DNA from: Scenedesmus sp. PABB004
Lineage: Eukaryota
NCBI GenBank assembly: GCA_014905635.1
Contig: JABVCE010000019.1
Span: 310,001 to 374,000 of the forward strand
Length of the DNA: 64,000 nt
Direction: 5' to 3'
Below the pieces are notes generated by a model. That model saw only the letters and a program-made list of their open reading frames with translations. It searched no databases and was not told the DNA's origin. A program made the translations under genes and the position numbers. Shown here in pieces: positions 23,657 through 35,946 of the stretch. The first letter of the stretch is position 1; the number at the start of each line of letters is the position of its first letter.

Positions 23657-23688
23657 TGTAATAATACACAGGGTGAGGAGCGTTTACA
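23657..23688. terminator. Paired convergent TGTAA poly(A) signals (TBC gene + / RsmG gene -)
   Basis: TGTAA on + at 23657-23661; TTACA at 23684-23688, 34 nt beyond the RsmG stop. Confidence 0.45.
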
Positions 23689-23721
23689 GGTCGATCGCGC
23701 AGGGCCAGGCCAGGGCGCGCG

Positions 23722-25271
23722 TCACAGCGGCTTGCGCGCGGGCGTGCCGGGCGTGCGGGGGTAGGCCGCCGGCGTGGGTCGCGCCTTGGCGACCACCACC
23801 GCCGTGCGCTGGCCCTCGGGTGCCCACGAGTCGACGCGCGACACCGCCGCGAGCGAACCGCCGAGCGCGGCGAGCGCGCGCGCCGCGGCGGCGACCTCGT
23901 CCTGCGGCCAGCCGGCGGGCGGCGGCGCCGGCGCTCGCGGGAGGGCGGGCGCGGCGCGGCGGCGGCCGCGGCGCGGCGCGGCGTGGCAGCGGCGCCCCCA
24001 CCTCGGGCGCCGCGCCCTTGGCCGCCACCCAGAGCCCGCCGGGCGCGACAAAGGGCAGGCAGAGCTCCGCCAGCACGCGCAGCTCCGCGACCGCGCGCGC
24101 GACGGCGAGGTCGTACGACTGCCGGAGTCGGCCGCGCGGCGGCGCAGAGGATGAGAGGGGGGGGGGGCTGGGTAGGCAGCTGCAGCCGGGCGGGGCGGGG
24201 AGCCGTGCGGCGCAGCGCGGGCGGGGCGCGAAGCACCCTCTCACGCCCACCTCGCGCAGCTCCGGCCGCGCGCCGCCCTCCTCGGCGCGCGCCCACACGA
24301 CACGCACGTTATCGAGCCCTGCCGCCGTGCGCGCGGCGTGGTGTCGGGGGTGCCGGCGCGCGCGTCGGCACGCGGGCGGGCACGCGGGCGGCGCGCGGGC
24401 GGCGACACACGCTGCAGCGCTGACGCCCACGCGCGCGGCTAGCGGCGCGCGCACCCAGCATGTCGGCGGTCGCCTGCAGGAAGTCGCACCGCTTGCGCAG
24501 CGAGTCCAGCAGCGTCACCTGGCGGGGCACCCAACAAGCGGGCGGGCAGCGCGTGGTTAGGGCGCACAAGGCGCGCTGCTGCCGGCAGCGCGGCTCAAGG
24601 GGGCGGCCGCGGGCCGCGCCCCGCCGCCGCCGCCGCGCCCGCGCGGCGCGCACCTGCCAGCGCGGGCGCACGACCGCGAGCACCATCCCCGGCAGCCCCG
24701 CGCCCGTGCCCACGTCGATGACGCGCAGGGGCTGCTCGGCGGGCAGGCCCCGCCCGCCGCCGCCGCCGCCGCCGCCGCCGGGCCCGCCGCCGCCGCGGCG
24801 GGCCAGGTGGCCGTCCACCACCGGCAGCAGCGCCAGGCTGTCCAGCACGTGGCGCTGCCACGCCTCGTCGGGGTCGCGGACCGCTGCGCGGCGAGTGAGG
24901 CGCGGTGATTGAGGCGCGGCGTGCACCGCGGCGCGGTCATGAGCGAGGCGGCTGCCGGCCGGTGCGCGGCGGCGAGTCCAGGTCGGCCACCTGCTTGCGC
25001 CTGCCGTTCAAACCGCTCACGCAAGCCATTCAAACGCCGGTCAAACGCCGGTCAAACAGCGCACCTGTGAGGTTCATGCTTTGGTTTACCTCCAGCAGAC
25101 GATCCATGTAGCGGCGCAGCCGCGCCTCCTGCTCCGCCGTCAAGTCAAGCGCGCCGCCAGGGGCCGCGCCGCGCGGCGGCGGCTGCCCGCGCTCGCCCGG
25201 CGGCGGCGGCGGCGGCGGCTCGACGCGGCGCTTGGCGGCTGCCGGCCCTGCGCCTGCAGGGCGGTCGCCGC

Positions 25272-25337
<66 letters not shown>

Positions 25338-25767
25338 CATCGTCAGTCGCAGCTGACGGAGGTGCCTCGTACCAGGCGGGCGCCTGCTGCGGCGGCACCG
25401 GCGGCGCGGCTTCGCGCGGCCTGCTGCTGAACCGCCCCCGCGCCGCTGCCTTGCCCGCGGCGGCGCCGCCACCAGCGGGCGCGCGGGCCGCGCCGCCGCT
25501 GCTGCTGCGCCGCCGGCGGCCGGGCGCGCTCGCCGCTCCAGGATCGCTCCCGGCCCACACGACGGCGCCGCGGCCGTGCCGAGCTGCCGGCCGCGCCTGC
25601 TGCCAAGCCGTGGGGGCCAGATGGCAGGGCGCAGGGCGCTGAGCGACGGCGCGCCGGCGCCAGGCGCCCGCTGCTGCCGCTGCCGCCGCGCCGCCGGACG
25701 CCGGCGCCGCACCGCGCGCCGGCGCGGCTTGCCGGTTGACGGAGGCGTTCATGGACTTAGCCGCCAT
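23722..25767 (-). CDS. rsmG: 16S rRNA m7G methyltransferase RsmG/GidB with long organelle-targeting-like N-terminus, multi-exon
   Basis: LRRYMDRLLEVNQSMNLT|AVRDPDEAWQRHVLDSL, VIDVGTGAGLPGMVLA (SAM motif), VTLLDSLRKRCDFL, LDNVRVVWARAEE, YDLAVARAVAELRVLAELCLPFVAPGG, TPAAYPRTPGTPARKPL*. Confidence 0.95.
25272..25335. repeat. (GCT)n trinucleotide tract encoding poly-Ser in the RsmG N-terminal extension
   Basis: About 21 consecutive GCT units; reads AGC (Ser) on the minus strand. Confidence 0.9.
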
Positions 25768-26067
25768 GCGGAACAGGGGCGGGCGCCGCTGGGCCGGCCG
25801 CTGGGGGCGGCGCCCGGCCGCCGCTGCCGCCGCCGCCGCCGCTGCCGCTGTCGCTGCCGCTGCCGCTGCTGTCGCCGCTGTCGCTGCCCAGGGACCTAGC
25901 AGGGTGTGTGCGCTCGCGAAACGAGCCGGGGTTGAGGGCCGCGCTGCACCGCCGCTTCGAACGCTCGCATGACCTCTCCCGCCGCGCGCCCGCGCCGCCG
26001 GCACTCCCTGCGGCGGCACGAGGTCCTCCTGGACGCCACGCCGCGCGCCACGCGGGCCGCCACCACC

Positions 26068-27230
26068 ATGGAGGAGACGCACGCATCGAGCTTCCGCCGC
26101 GTGAGCTGGCAAAAGCGCAACAAGAAGTGGCGTGCGCAGCACGCCCTGCCTGGGGTCGGTGGCAAGAAATTCAATGGCCCCCTGCGCGCCACGGAGCTGG
26201 AGGCGGCCAAGGACGCGGACAAGTGAGCGCACGGCGCCGGCGGCGCACGCGAGCAGCGGCGCGCGCGCAGCCTGGCCACCGTGAGCCACCCTGCGCCCGC
26301 ACACCGCCCGCAGGTACATCTACATCATCAACGGCCCCGAAGCGCCGAACAACGGCACGCTGAGCGCCACGGAGCGCGCCGAGCTGGACGGGCAGACGGC
26401 GGAGCAGCTGCACGCCGCGCTCAAGGCGACCGGCGGCACCGCCTTCGTCAGGCCGGGCAGCAGCAGCCGCTTCCGGGGCGTCACGTGGCACAAGCAGAAG
26501 GGCAAGTGGATGGCGCAGATTGCCTGCGGCGGCAAGAAGAAGTCCCTCGGCAAATACGACAGCGAGGAGGCGGCCGCGCGCGCCTACGACGCCGCCACGC
26601 GCCGCGTGTTTGGCAGGTGCGTCGACGCGCGCCGCGCGGCCTGCGCGCCCGGCAGCTCTGGGCTCCACCTCACCCGCCCCACGCGCCGCCCCCCTGTGCA
26701 GCGAGGCGCGGCTCAACTTTCCCGACGCCGACCCGGCCGACCACCCGGACGCCGAGGCGGCGGCGGACAGGGCAGTGGGCGCAGCGCGCGCTGGCGCCGC
26801 GGCGGCCGAGGGCCCCGCCGCCGCGCCCGCCGCCGGGCGCAAGGCGCCACGCGCGCCGCCGCGCGCCGGCGCCGCTGGCGCGGCCGCGCAGCCGGCGCCG
26901 GCGGTGGCCGGCGGCGGCGCGGGCGGCAGCGAGGGCGGCGCCGCAGGCAGCGACGGCCTGGACAGCGACGTGTCGGCGTGGTGGGAGGAGTCCGACGACG
27001 ACGAGGCGCTGGGCTGGGGCGGCGGCGCCTCGGACGCCGGCTGGGGCGGCGCCGGCGGCGGCGCAAGCAAACACGCCGGCAGCGCCGGCGGGGGCGGCGA
27101 CAGCGGCGGCGGTGCGTGGGGCGGCCTCTCGCTGCTGCTCGACTCGGTGGCCTTCGAGCCCTCCCGCCACGGCGAGGCGGAGCTGTCGCTGGCGCTGCGC
27201 GCGGCGGCGGCGCGCGTCGCGGCGGGCCGC

Positions 27231-27263
<33 letters not shown>

Positions 27264-30200
27264 GAGGCCGAGGCGGAGGCGGCAGCGCTGGCGGCGGCGC
27301 GCGGCGACGACCTGCTGCCGCACCTGGTGTACGCGATCGCTGAGCAGCTGCAGGCCAAGCTGGGCGTGGCCGGCTCCGGCCAGGGCGGGGCGCAGGCGCG
27401 CCGCGCGGCGCGCTGGCGCGGCGTGGCGGCGTGGCGGCAGCTGCCCGCGCGGGGGCAGCCGCCGGAGCAGCCGGAGCAGCCGGGCGGCCAGCCGGCCGGC
27501 GAGGCGGGCGGCGGCGAGGCGGCGCCTGCGCCGACCGGCGGCGCGCAGGGCCTGCCGGAGCAGGAGCAGCAGCACGCGGCCAAGGCGCCCCCCTGCGGCC
27601 CGCGCCTGCCGGGGCGCCCGGTGCGCCGGCGCCGCCGCCGGCGGCGGCGGCGGTGCAGCCCAGCGGCAGCGGCACGGCGTGGGTCACGGTGCCCGACACG
27701 GCGCTGGGGCCGGTGGAGGCCATCTTCCTGGACCCCCGCGCGTCGGCGCGCCTCGAGCTTGCGGCGGCCGCGGCGGGCTGCGCCCCCGTGCCCGGTGAGC
27801 GCCGCTGAGCGTGCGCGGGCGGGCCGAGGCGCGGGGCGCGAAGGGGGGGGGGGGTATGCTTGTGCTGCGCGCGCCTGCATCCTCACACGCCGCCCCCGCC
27901 GCTCCCTCCTCCCCAGGCTGGGACTACGAGCCGCTGCTGGGCGGCCCCGGCGGCGGCGCCGCCAGCCGCGCCGCGCCGGCCGCGCCGGCGGCGCCCGGCC
28001 CCGGCGTCGCGGGCGGCGACGGCGCTGCGGCGGCCGAGGAGGCGTACGCGGCCGCGGCGCTGGCCAGCGGCGAGGTCCCCGATTTCGATGCCATGCTGGC
28101 GTCCTGCGAGACGACCGCCGAGCTGGAGCTGCTGGCCGCGATGCTGCAGGCGCGCATCGATGCGGCTGCCGGCGGCGGCGGCGGCGGCGGCAGCAACAGC
28201 GCTGGCGCGGCGGGGGCGCCCGCGGCGCCGGCGCAGGCCGCGTGGGCCGGCGAGGCGGCGGGGCAGGCGGCGGGGCAGGCGGCGGGGCTGGCGGGGGGCG
28301 GCAAGGGGCTGCAGGAGCAGCAGGCAGGGGACGCCCGGCCGGCACGGGACCAGCTGGCAGAGGGTGCGCGTCAGGAGCAGGCGCCCGGCAGCGGCGGCGG
28401 CGGCGAGAGCGGCGGAGGCGCCAGCGGCGGCGGAGGCGGCAGCGGGGCGGGCGGCTCCGGCGGCCGCCGCCGGCTCAAGGTGGTGCGGCGCCGCAGCGGC
28501 CGCCCCGCCCCCACGCCCGCGCCGGCGCCGGCGCCGGCAGGCGGCGCGTGCGGCCTCTCGCCGGGCGAGTGGGCGGGCGCGCTGGCAGCGTTCCGGCGGC
28601 AGCCCGCGGCGGCCGCGAGCTGCCCGGCCCCCGCGCGCGCCGCGGCGCCGTGCGCGCTGCCCAGCGGCTGCAGCCCGCCCCGCGCCGGCCTCCTGCGCGG
28701 CCTGCGGGGCTGGGAGGATGCCTCGGACGACGACGCGGCAGAGCCGGGAGAGGAGGAGTGGGCGGCGGCCACGCTCGCGGCCGCGGCCGCGGCAGCCGCC
28801 GCGGGCCCGGGCGGCACCGCCGCGGCGGCCGCGCTCGAGCTCGCCGCGGCGGCCGCGGCGCAGCTGCCGGGGGTGGGCTGCGCGGGCGCGGCGGCCACGA
28901 GCGACCGCACGAGGTGCGCTGGGGCAGCGGCCGCCTGCGCGCGCTGCGCGCCCTGCCTGAGCGCCCACGTGGCGCATGCCCCGCGGGCCCGCACGCCGCC
29001 CTGAGCGAGCCGCGCCCGCCGCTGGCCCGCGCCCGCCTCGCAGCGCTGCGGCGGCGCCGCGCTCGCCGCTCGCGGCCATGGCCGGCGTGCCGCCCCTGGC
29101 CGTGCCCCTGACCGGCGACCCCGCGGTGCGTCCCCGACCGGCGGGCCGGTGGTTTTGGGTTGTTGTTGTTGTGTCTTTGCTGGTCAGCGCCCCTAAACCC
29201 TACGACCCCCCCTCTCCCCCTGCTAAACCCTACACCCTGACGCCGCTCCCCGCCGCACCCGCGGCGCGCCCCCGCGCGCAGGCCGACACGGTCGCGGTGC
29301 TGCGTGCGTTCATGGCGGAGGGTGACGCCGACCACCTGTCCACGCACGCGCGCGCGTGGCGCGCCGCGGGGCTCGCGCAGCGCGTGTGGTGCGCGCGCCG
29401 CGCGCGCTCTCCCGCGCGCGCCGCCGCCGCCTTGCCCCCCCCCCCTCCTTTCCTCCCTCCCGCCTCTGCTCTCACACTCAACCCCCCCCCCGCCCCCCTC
29501 CTCACCCCCCCCCCAGCCCCGGCGTGGACTGGCGTGGCCTCGCGCTGCGCTTCGGGCGCCCCGTGGAGGCCGACACCTGCCCCGTCGTCGTCGCCGCGCC
29601 GCCGCCGGCGCCGCCGCACGGCGCGCCCGCCGCGGCGGCGGCGGGCGCCGCCGAGGGCGGCTGGGGCGCGGCCGGCGGCCTGCCGTCCCAGGTGGGGGCG
29701 TGCGCGCTGCCTTCATTTCTTGGGGGGGGGGGGGGGCAGCCAGGGGGGGGGGGGGGCGCGGCGAGCGAGCGTCCGAGCCTGACCCCTAAACCCCTAAGCC
29801 CCAAATCCTAAACCCCTAACACCCCCCCCCCCAACCCCCGTCCCCCGCCGCAGGTCCTCGCGCTCACGGCGCACAGCCGGCGCGGCGCGGCCGCGATTGC
29901 GCGGCGCGCGGCGGCCGTGTCCGCCGCGACTGCAGCCTCTGCAGCGGGCGAGGCCGGGCAGGGCACCACCGCCCCCGCCGCGCGCCCGCCGGGTGGCGGC
30001 GGCGCCGCGCCGGCGGCGCCCCTGCTGGCGGCGGCGCGCGACGCGCTCGCGCGCCCCGGCGCCGCCTGGCCAGGCGGTGCGGCGCTGGGCGCGGCGCTGC
30101 GGCCCGCGGCGGGGCCCGCGAGCGCGTCCGAGGCCGCGGGGGCGGCCGCCGCGGCGGCGCTGCTCGCCCCCGCGCCCCTGGAGGTGGACTGGACCTATGC

Positions 30201-30942
30201 GCAGGAGGACCTGGGCGGCGGCGGCCCTAGCGCGCAGCGCCCCTGGCCGCCCGCGCAGCACGCGGTGCAGGCGCCGGCGGCGGAGGCCGAGCCCCCCGCC
30301 GCAGCGGCGCCGGGGGGCAGCGGCGGCGGTGCCAGCGGGCCTGCGGCGGCGATCGATGCGGCCATCGCCGCGAGCGACGGCAGCCTCGCGGCGGTGGCCG
30401 CGGCGTTTGCCGCCGCCACGCCGGCAGCGCGCGCCGCGGCGGTGGCCGCGGCCGTGGCGCGTGCCAACACGCTCACGCGCGCCGCCGCCGGCCGCGCCGC
30501 CGGCGCGGCCGCGGCCGGGCCGGGGCTGCAGGCGCCCGCGCGCGCCGCCGCGAGCGCGGCGTCCGTGCCAGCGGCGCCAGCGCCGGGCGCCGCCTGGGGC
30601 GCTGCGCCGCCCCCACTGATGGGTTTCATTCGAGCTGAGACATGCCCCGCCATCAGCGCCGCCGACGAGGCGCGCCTCGGCCTGGCCATGCCACGCCCGC
30701 TGGCGGTGCCGCACGCCTACGGCGCCGCGTCGCCCGCGGCGGCGGCCGGCGCCGCGGCCGCGTCGGCCGCCGCGCGGCGCGCCGCCCGGGGCGGCGGCGC
30801 CGCCGCCGGCGCCGGCCGCGGCGGCGGCGGCGCGCCGCGCGTGAGCTTTGGCGCCGCGGAGCGCTGCCAGCGGCTCGCGGCCGAGCGCTCCGGCGCGGAG
30901 GTGCGGCGGCTCATCGCGGCGCTGGGCGACGAGCGGCGCTGA
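26068..30942 (+). CDS. AP2-domain protein (two N-terminal AP2-like repeats, long Ala/Gly-rich C-terminal region), multi-exon
   Basis: SSRFRGVTWHKQKGKWMAQIACGGKKKSLGKYDSEEAAARAYDAATRRVFG|SEARLNFP is a canonical AP2 domain. SSFRRVSWQKRNKKWRAQ...TELEAAKDADK is a divergent first repeat. Alternative upstream ATG at 25969; apparent frameshift at ~27588; downstream exon structure less certain. Confidence 0.8.
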
Positions 30943-33056
30943 CCGAGGCGTGAGCGCGCGGGTGGGGTGGGGGAGGGGGGGGGGGCGACGGGGGTGAGAG
31001 AGGGGGGGGGGGGGTGCTGGGCGACGAGCGGCGCTGACTGAGGCGCGGGGGGGGGGGGGGACGCAGGCCCCCAGGCAGGGGCTATGGGGTGCTGGCGAGC
31101 GAGCTGCCTTGCTGCCTTGCGCGTGGGGGTGGGGGCGTCGGCGCGCTCCGTTTACGCGCTCGGGCCCTTGCCGCGCGCCGGCCTGGCTCGCCGTCCCTAG
31201 GGGATCAATCAATCAATGGCTTAACGGGATGGAATGGAAGCGAATGCAGTGCGCCCACACACCGCCGTCAGCTCACGTGTCAGCTCAGATCAACTAGGGA
31301 AGGGCAGGGATCCCGTCAACAGAAGCCGTCCGCGCACGCCAGCCGCTCCGTTCGAGGCGACGGCTGCGGCTAGCCGCGTGGCCGCTGCCGCGTGGGTGTG
31401 CCCGGGGCGCGCGGCGGCGGGCAGCCGTGGGGCACCTGCTTGGGGCAGTGCGGTGCGATGCGATGCGCTGATGCAATAGCTAGCTGCGCCGGGCAGCAAG
31501 CAGGGGAGGAAGCTCAGCTCAGGGCGTTTAGTCGGTCAGCCACCCCCGCCAGGAAGGGCCGGCGGGGATTGGCGGGGTCAGCGGCCAAACAGCAGTGTTT
31601 TTCGCTCTTGCGAACGTTTTGGAATATGTGTGTGTGTATGTGCAGGGGCCGGCTGCGCAAGCGGGTGCGGGCCGCGGCCGTTCCGTGCAGGCCGCGGCGC
31701 TGCAACACCAAGCTGGAGCAAGAAGAACCAAGTGCAGGCAGGATCACCCGTCTCGCCGAGTGGCCGCGGGGCCGCCGCCCGGTCGCGCGCCGGCGACGCG
31801 GGCGGCGCGCTCGGCCTCTCTCTCGCCTAGGCCACCCCGGCCGCGGCGGCAGGCGTGGTGCGCCCTCGCTGCGCACGCGGGGCGACGGGGGCGCTGCTGC
31901 CGCAACGCCCGCCTCCTCCGCCTCCTCCTCGCACCCCGTCTAGATGAGGCGGCGCGCGGCGCGCTCGTGCGCGCGCCGCCGCGCCTCGCCGCGCCAGGCC
32001 CGCCTGGCCCGGTCTGCGGCGCGCCTCCCGCCATGAGAGTTCTGCAGCTGCAAAGGCAGTAGTGGCGGCCCCGCATGCCGCGGGGCCGCGGAGTCGTGCC
32101 ACACAGGTTTTGCGGCGCGTGCGCGCGCCACTCTGCGACAGCGCGCAGGCGTCGCGCACGCGCCAGCAGCCTCCGGTGTTTGCGGCCAGGGCGTCGAGGC
32201 GAGCCCGGCCCCGAGCGCTGCAGCGCGCGTGCCGGGGGTGCCGGCCGCTGCGCTGGCAGGGGGGCCCGCGCTCGCGCTCTGGCGTGCCCATCTCCGATCT
32301 TCGGGCCAGGCCAAGGCTGGCCGTCCACGCAGCGCATGTCGCGCGCGCCCAGTGCGGGGGCCGCTCGCTCGCCGCTCGAGTGCGAGCGAGCCGCCCTCCT
32401 CCTCCCCCCTCCCCCGAACCCCTATGTACCATGTGATGGTGCGTGCTGTTGCTTAACGGCTCAAAAGGAGCAAATGAGGTGTTGGCCCGCGCGCGCGCAC
32501 GCCTCGGGAGGCGGTGCGCCGCGCTGCGCCCCGGTTCGGCCGCGCGCGCGCCGCCGCCGACTCAGCGTGGCGCGGCGCGCGTGCAGGCAAAAAGCAAAAA
32601 GGCGGCGGTCGCATGTCAAAAAGGAATGAAGAAAGGCCTCGGTCGCCGCCCAGCTAGTGGTTCCGTCCCAACCCCACCCCGTGCGCATGTAGGTCGGCGC
32701 GCGGCTGTGTCAGAGCAGTGCCCCGGCTGTCCCACAAAGCTAGCAGCGGCTGTGCGGGCCCGGCGGGCGAAAAAGGCGCACGCCCGAGCGCGCCCCGTCC
32801 CTCCCGCCCGTCACCACGTGCGTGCGTGCAATCTGCGCAGGGCTGTGATAAAAGATATAGAAGTCAGAGCAGCATGCAGGGCGCGGTTGTGCGCCGTGGG
32901 CTCGCACGTGAGCGAGGCAGGGGCCCGCGGGGCGAACGGTCGGTTCTGCTGGCGGTCGCTGCATACAAGAGAGCTCAACGTGCGCAGGGCGCGCCAGCAA
33001 ATACACCCGGCGGGCGCTCGGCCGGCTCGCCGCCGCTCAGCTGCGCCCTGCTCAGC

Positions 33057-35946
33057 TCAGGCAGTGATCTGCATGTCGCTGTAAAGGGCGGGGCCATAGA
33101 CCGAGACCATGCTAATAACGCCAGAGACCTCGGAGCTCTTGACCAGCCGGCAGGCGCCGTCGGCACCACGCGTGAACGCCTCGCACTCGGCGGCGGCGTT
33201 GCACGCGGCCATGCACTGCTCGAGGCTCTGGCCGGCCAGCTCGCCGCCGTCGGCGATCAGCTCGCCCACGGTCGGCGCCGCGGTGATGCTGCGGATGACG
33301 TAATCCGCGCCGCCCATGATCTTGAGCCCCAGCTTGGTGGGGCCGTCGGCGGTGACCGAAAAGACCTGGCAGACCTGCGGGGCGCGGGGCGCGGGGCGTG
33401 CAGTGTGCACAGGCGCCAAGCGGCCGAGCCCGGGCGGCGGCGGTGGCGGCCCAGGCCGTGCGTGCGTGCTGCAGGTTGCAACGGCCGGCAGGTCCAGCGT
33501 GTGCGTGCGCGCTCACGTTGGTGTCTGTGAGGAAGCGGAACATGATGCAGGTGCTGAGGATGTCGGTGCACGCCTTCTGGCACGCGACCGTGTTGCTCAC
33601 GCCGTCAACCACGGTCCAGCTGGTCTCGTTGTCCAGGCTGAGTTCGAAGCTCGACAGGGGCTGCAGCCAGTCGTAGCAGGCCACGTCCTCGGTGGCACCG
33701 CGGCGCGACACCGTGCCCGTGGCGCAGGGCGTGCAGTTCTCGCTCTTGGGCGTGCTGCCAGAGGACCACGCGTTGTTGGGGCACAGCGCGCATGTTGCCC
33801 CGCCGCGGCCGGCCAGGCACTCGGAGCAGTCGTCGATGCTCTTTGCGGAGTCGCCGTCGCTTGGCGTCGAGGTGCCGGTGGGGCACGCGTTGCAGCTGGT
33901 GGGGTTTGGGGCGGTGATGTTGCCACCGGGGGACCAGGTGCCCTTGTCGCACGCCGTGATGACGTTTCCAGCGGCCAGGTACTGCCCCGGCTCGACGAAG
34001 CAGGTGGCGCTGGAAGAGGCCTCAGCGGGGCCGGTGCGGCCGGTCTCGCAGGAGTCACAGCCCTCCCTGCAGCGGAGCGAGCAGTGCGCGCGGGTGAGCG
34101 AGCCGACAGGCTGCCGGCAGCGGTGCGGCGCGAGCAGCAGCGTTGGCACGTCCGCCGCAGCCGCAGCGGCACCAACCTGTTCAGGCCAGCGTTGTAGGTC
34201 CCCGGCTCGCATGGCTCCGGCCCGCCCGCACCCATGCCCCAGCCGGGCGACAGCAGGCAGTCCTCCTCGGAGGTGTAGAGGGTGCTGGCGTTGCGCGGCG
34301 TGTTGGTCAGCTTGTCGCGCGTGGTGGTGCGGGGCGGGCAGGCCATGCAGCGCGCGGTGGACAGCGCCTGGCGGTCGTCCATGTCGCCGTAGCTGCCGCG
34401 CTCGCAGGGGATGGCCATCTTGGTGGGGCTGGTCTGGTTGAGGCCGTAGCCCGCGGGCACCAGGCACTCGTCCGCGCCGACCGCGCCGAGGGTCGCCGTG
34501 ATCAGGTTGTAGCCGCAGGAGTTGCACAGGTTGCGGTTCCAGCCGTCCTTGTACTTGCCTTTCGGGCACTGGGTGATGGTGGTGGCACCGATCACGAGCT
34601 CCCAGCCCGGGGGCGCGAGGCAGAGCGCGGAGCCGGTCGCGCCCTCGAGCTCCGTCTTCAGGCCTGGCAGCGGGCACGTGCGGCGGCGGCGTGCGTCAGG
34701 GCGATGGGCCGAGACCTGGCCCAGCGCGCGGCGGGCAGGCCGCACTCGCGCGCGGCTGGCCCCGCACCGTTGTCGCAGGGTGTGCAGGCGGTGATGTCCG
34801 TATCCGCATCGCTGAAGGTCCCGATTGGGCACGGCGCCGTGGTGGTGGCGTTGACCTTGTAAAAGCCCTTCACCGCCAGGAGGCACAGCGCCGAGCTGTT
34901 GGCGCCCTCGGCCGCCGTTGTGAGGCCGTCGGGGCAGTCCTGGCAGCTGGCAAGCGTGTTGAAGTCGGTGGTGAACGTGCCGCGTGGGCAGCGCTTGCCG
35001 ATGCCCTTGTCCATGTAGGACCCGGCGGGCGCGACTGCGCGGCGGCGGGGGCAGCAGGCGTGTGTGGGCCGGGGGCGGGCGCGGCGGTCGCAGAACGGGC
35101 GCAGCCAAGCCGCGGGGGCTGGCGTGCAGGCGCCGCCACCCGCGCGGCTGAGCCCGCCCGAGCGCCCGGCGACGCACTGCACGCGGCAGAGCTGTTGGCA
35201 CCGGTCGACTGGGTCGTGAGCCCGCTCGGGCACCGCTGGCACCCGGCCGTGTTCTTGCCGATGTTGTACGAGCCCGCATCGCATGGCGCGCCGGAGACCG
35301 ACACGCGCCCCGTGTCGGTGTCCTTGGTGGAGATGCGGCCAAAGCCGGGCAGCGTGGCGCACTGGGACTGGGACTTGGCGCTCGCAATGTAGATGGTCAG
35401 GCCCGCGGAGCAGGTCTTGGCCTCGTTGTTGGGGTTGGACGACGCGTCGTAGCCGGGGCAGTACTGGCCCGTCGGGCAGGCCACGCAGCCGGCAATGCTG
35501 TCCTTCATGTAGAAGCCGGTGTTGCAGTCTGCGGGGCGGACGGGGCGAGGCGGGCAGCGCCACACGGGGTGAGCGCGCGCAGCGCCGCGCCGCCCGGTGC
35601 GCGGTGGCGCCACTGCGCGTCCAGCAGCAGCAGCGGCGCAGCTGCCCCGGCCCAGCCCTCCTTCCAGACGCCGCCACCCACCGCAGGTCTTGCCCAGGCC
35701 GTCGCGGCGGAGCTTGAAGCCGGCGCGGCAGTTTGTGCACTGCACCTCGGTGCGCCGGCTGCCCGGCAGGCGCCGCGTGGCGCACGTGGAGCAGCCCAGG
35801 GTGATGGCGGCGCAGTTCGGTGTCTGCAGCAGGTCGCGGCCGCCCGTGCGGCGCGCCGGCGCTCCGGGCTCGGCGATGATGCGAGCCCCCGCGCCGCAGG
35901 CACAGAGCAGCGCCAGGGCCGCGAGCAGCAGGTGGCCGCGGGCCAT
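33057..35946 (-). CDS. Secreted Cys-rich protein with ephrin-receptor-like (GCC2/GCC3-type) repeats and C-terminal PAN/apple-like modules
   Basis: Signal peptide MARGHLLLAALALLCACGAGA; GRDLLQ; repeats such as CPTGQYC, CPRGTF, CPIGTF, CPKGKY, CEPGTY; C-terminal CMAACNAAAECEAFTRGADGACRL. Confidence 0.85.

Noticed and set aside
29781..29822. Clustered CCCTAAA-like units as a true or interstitial telomere array
   Set aside because: Only a few degenerate units inside an intron; covered by the polarised intron-motif finding.
31060..33050. Possible hidden gene or ncRNA in the 2-kb gap between the AP2 and Cys-rich genes
   Set aside because: No coding-like frame, recognisable RNA structure or repeat could be supported; probably UTR or intergenic.
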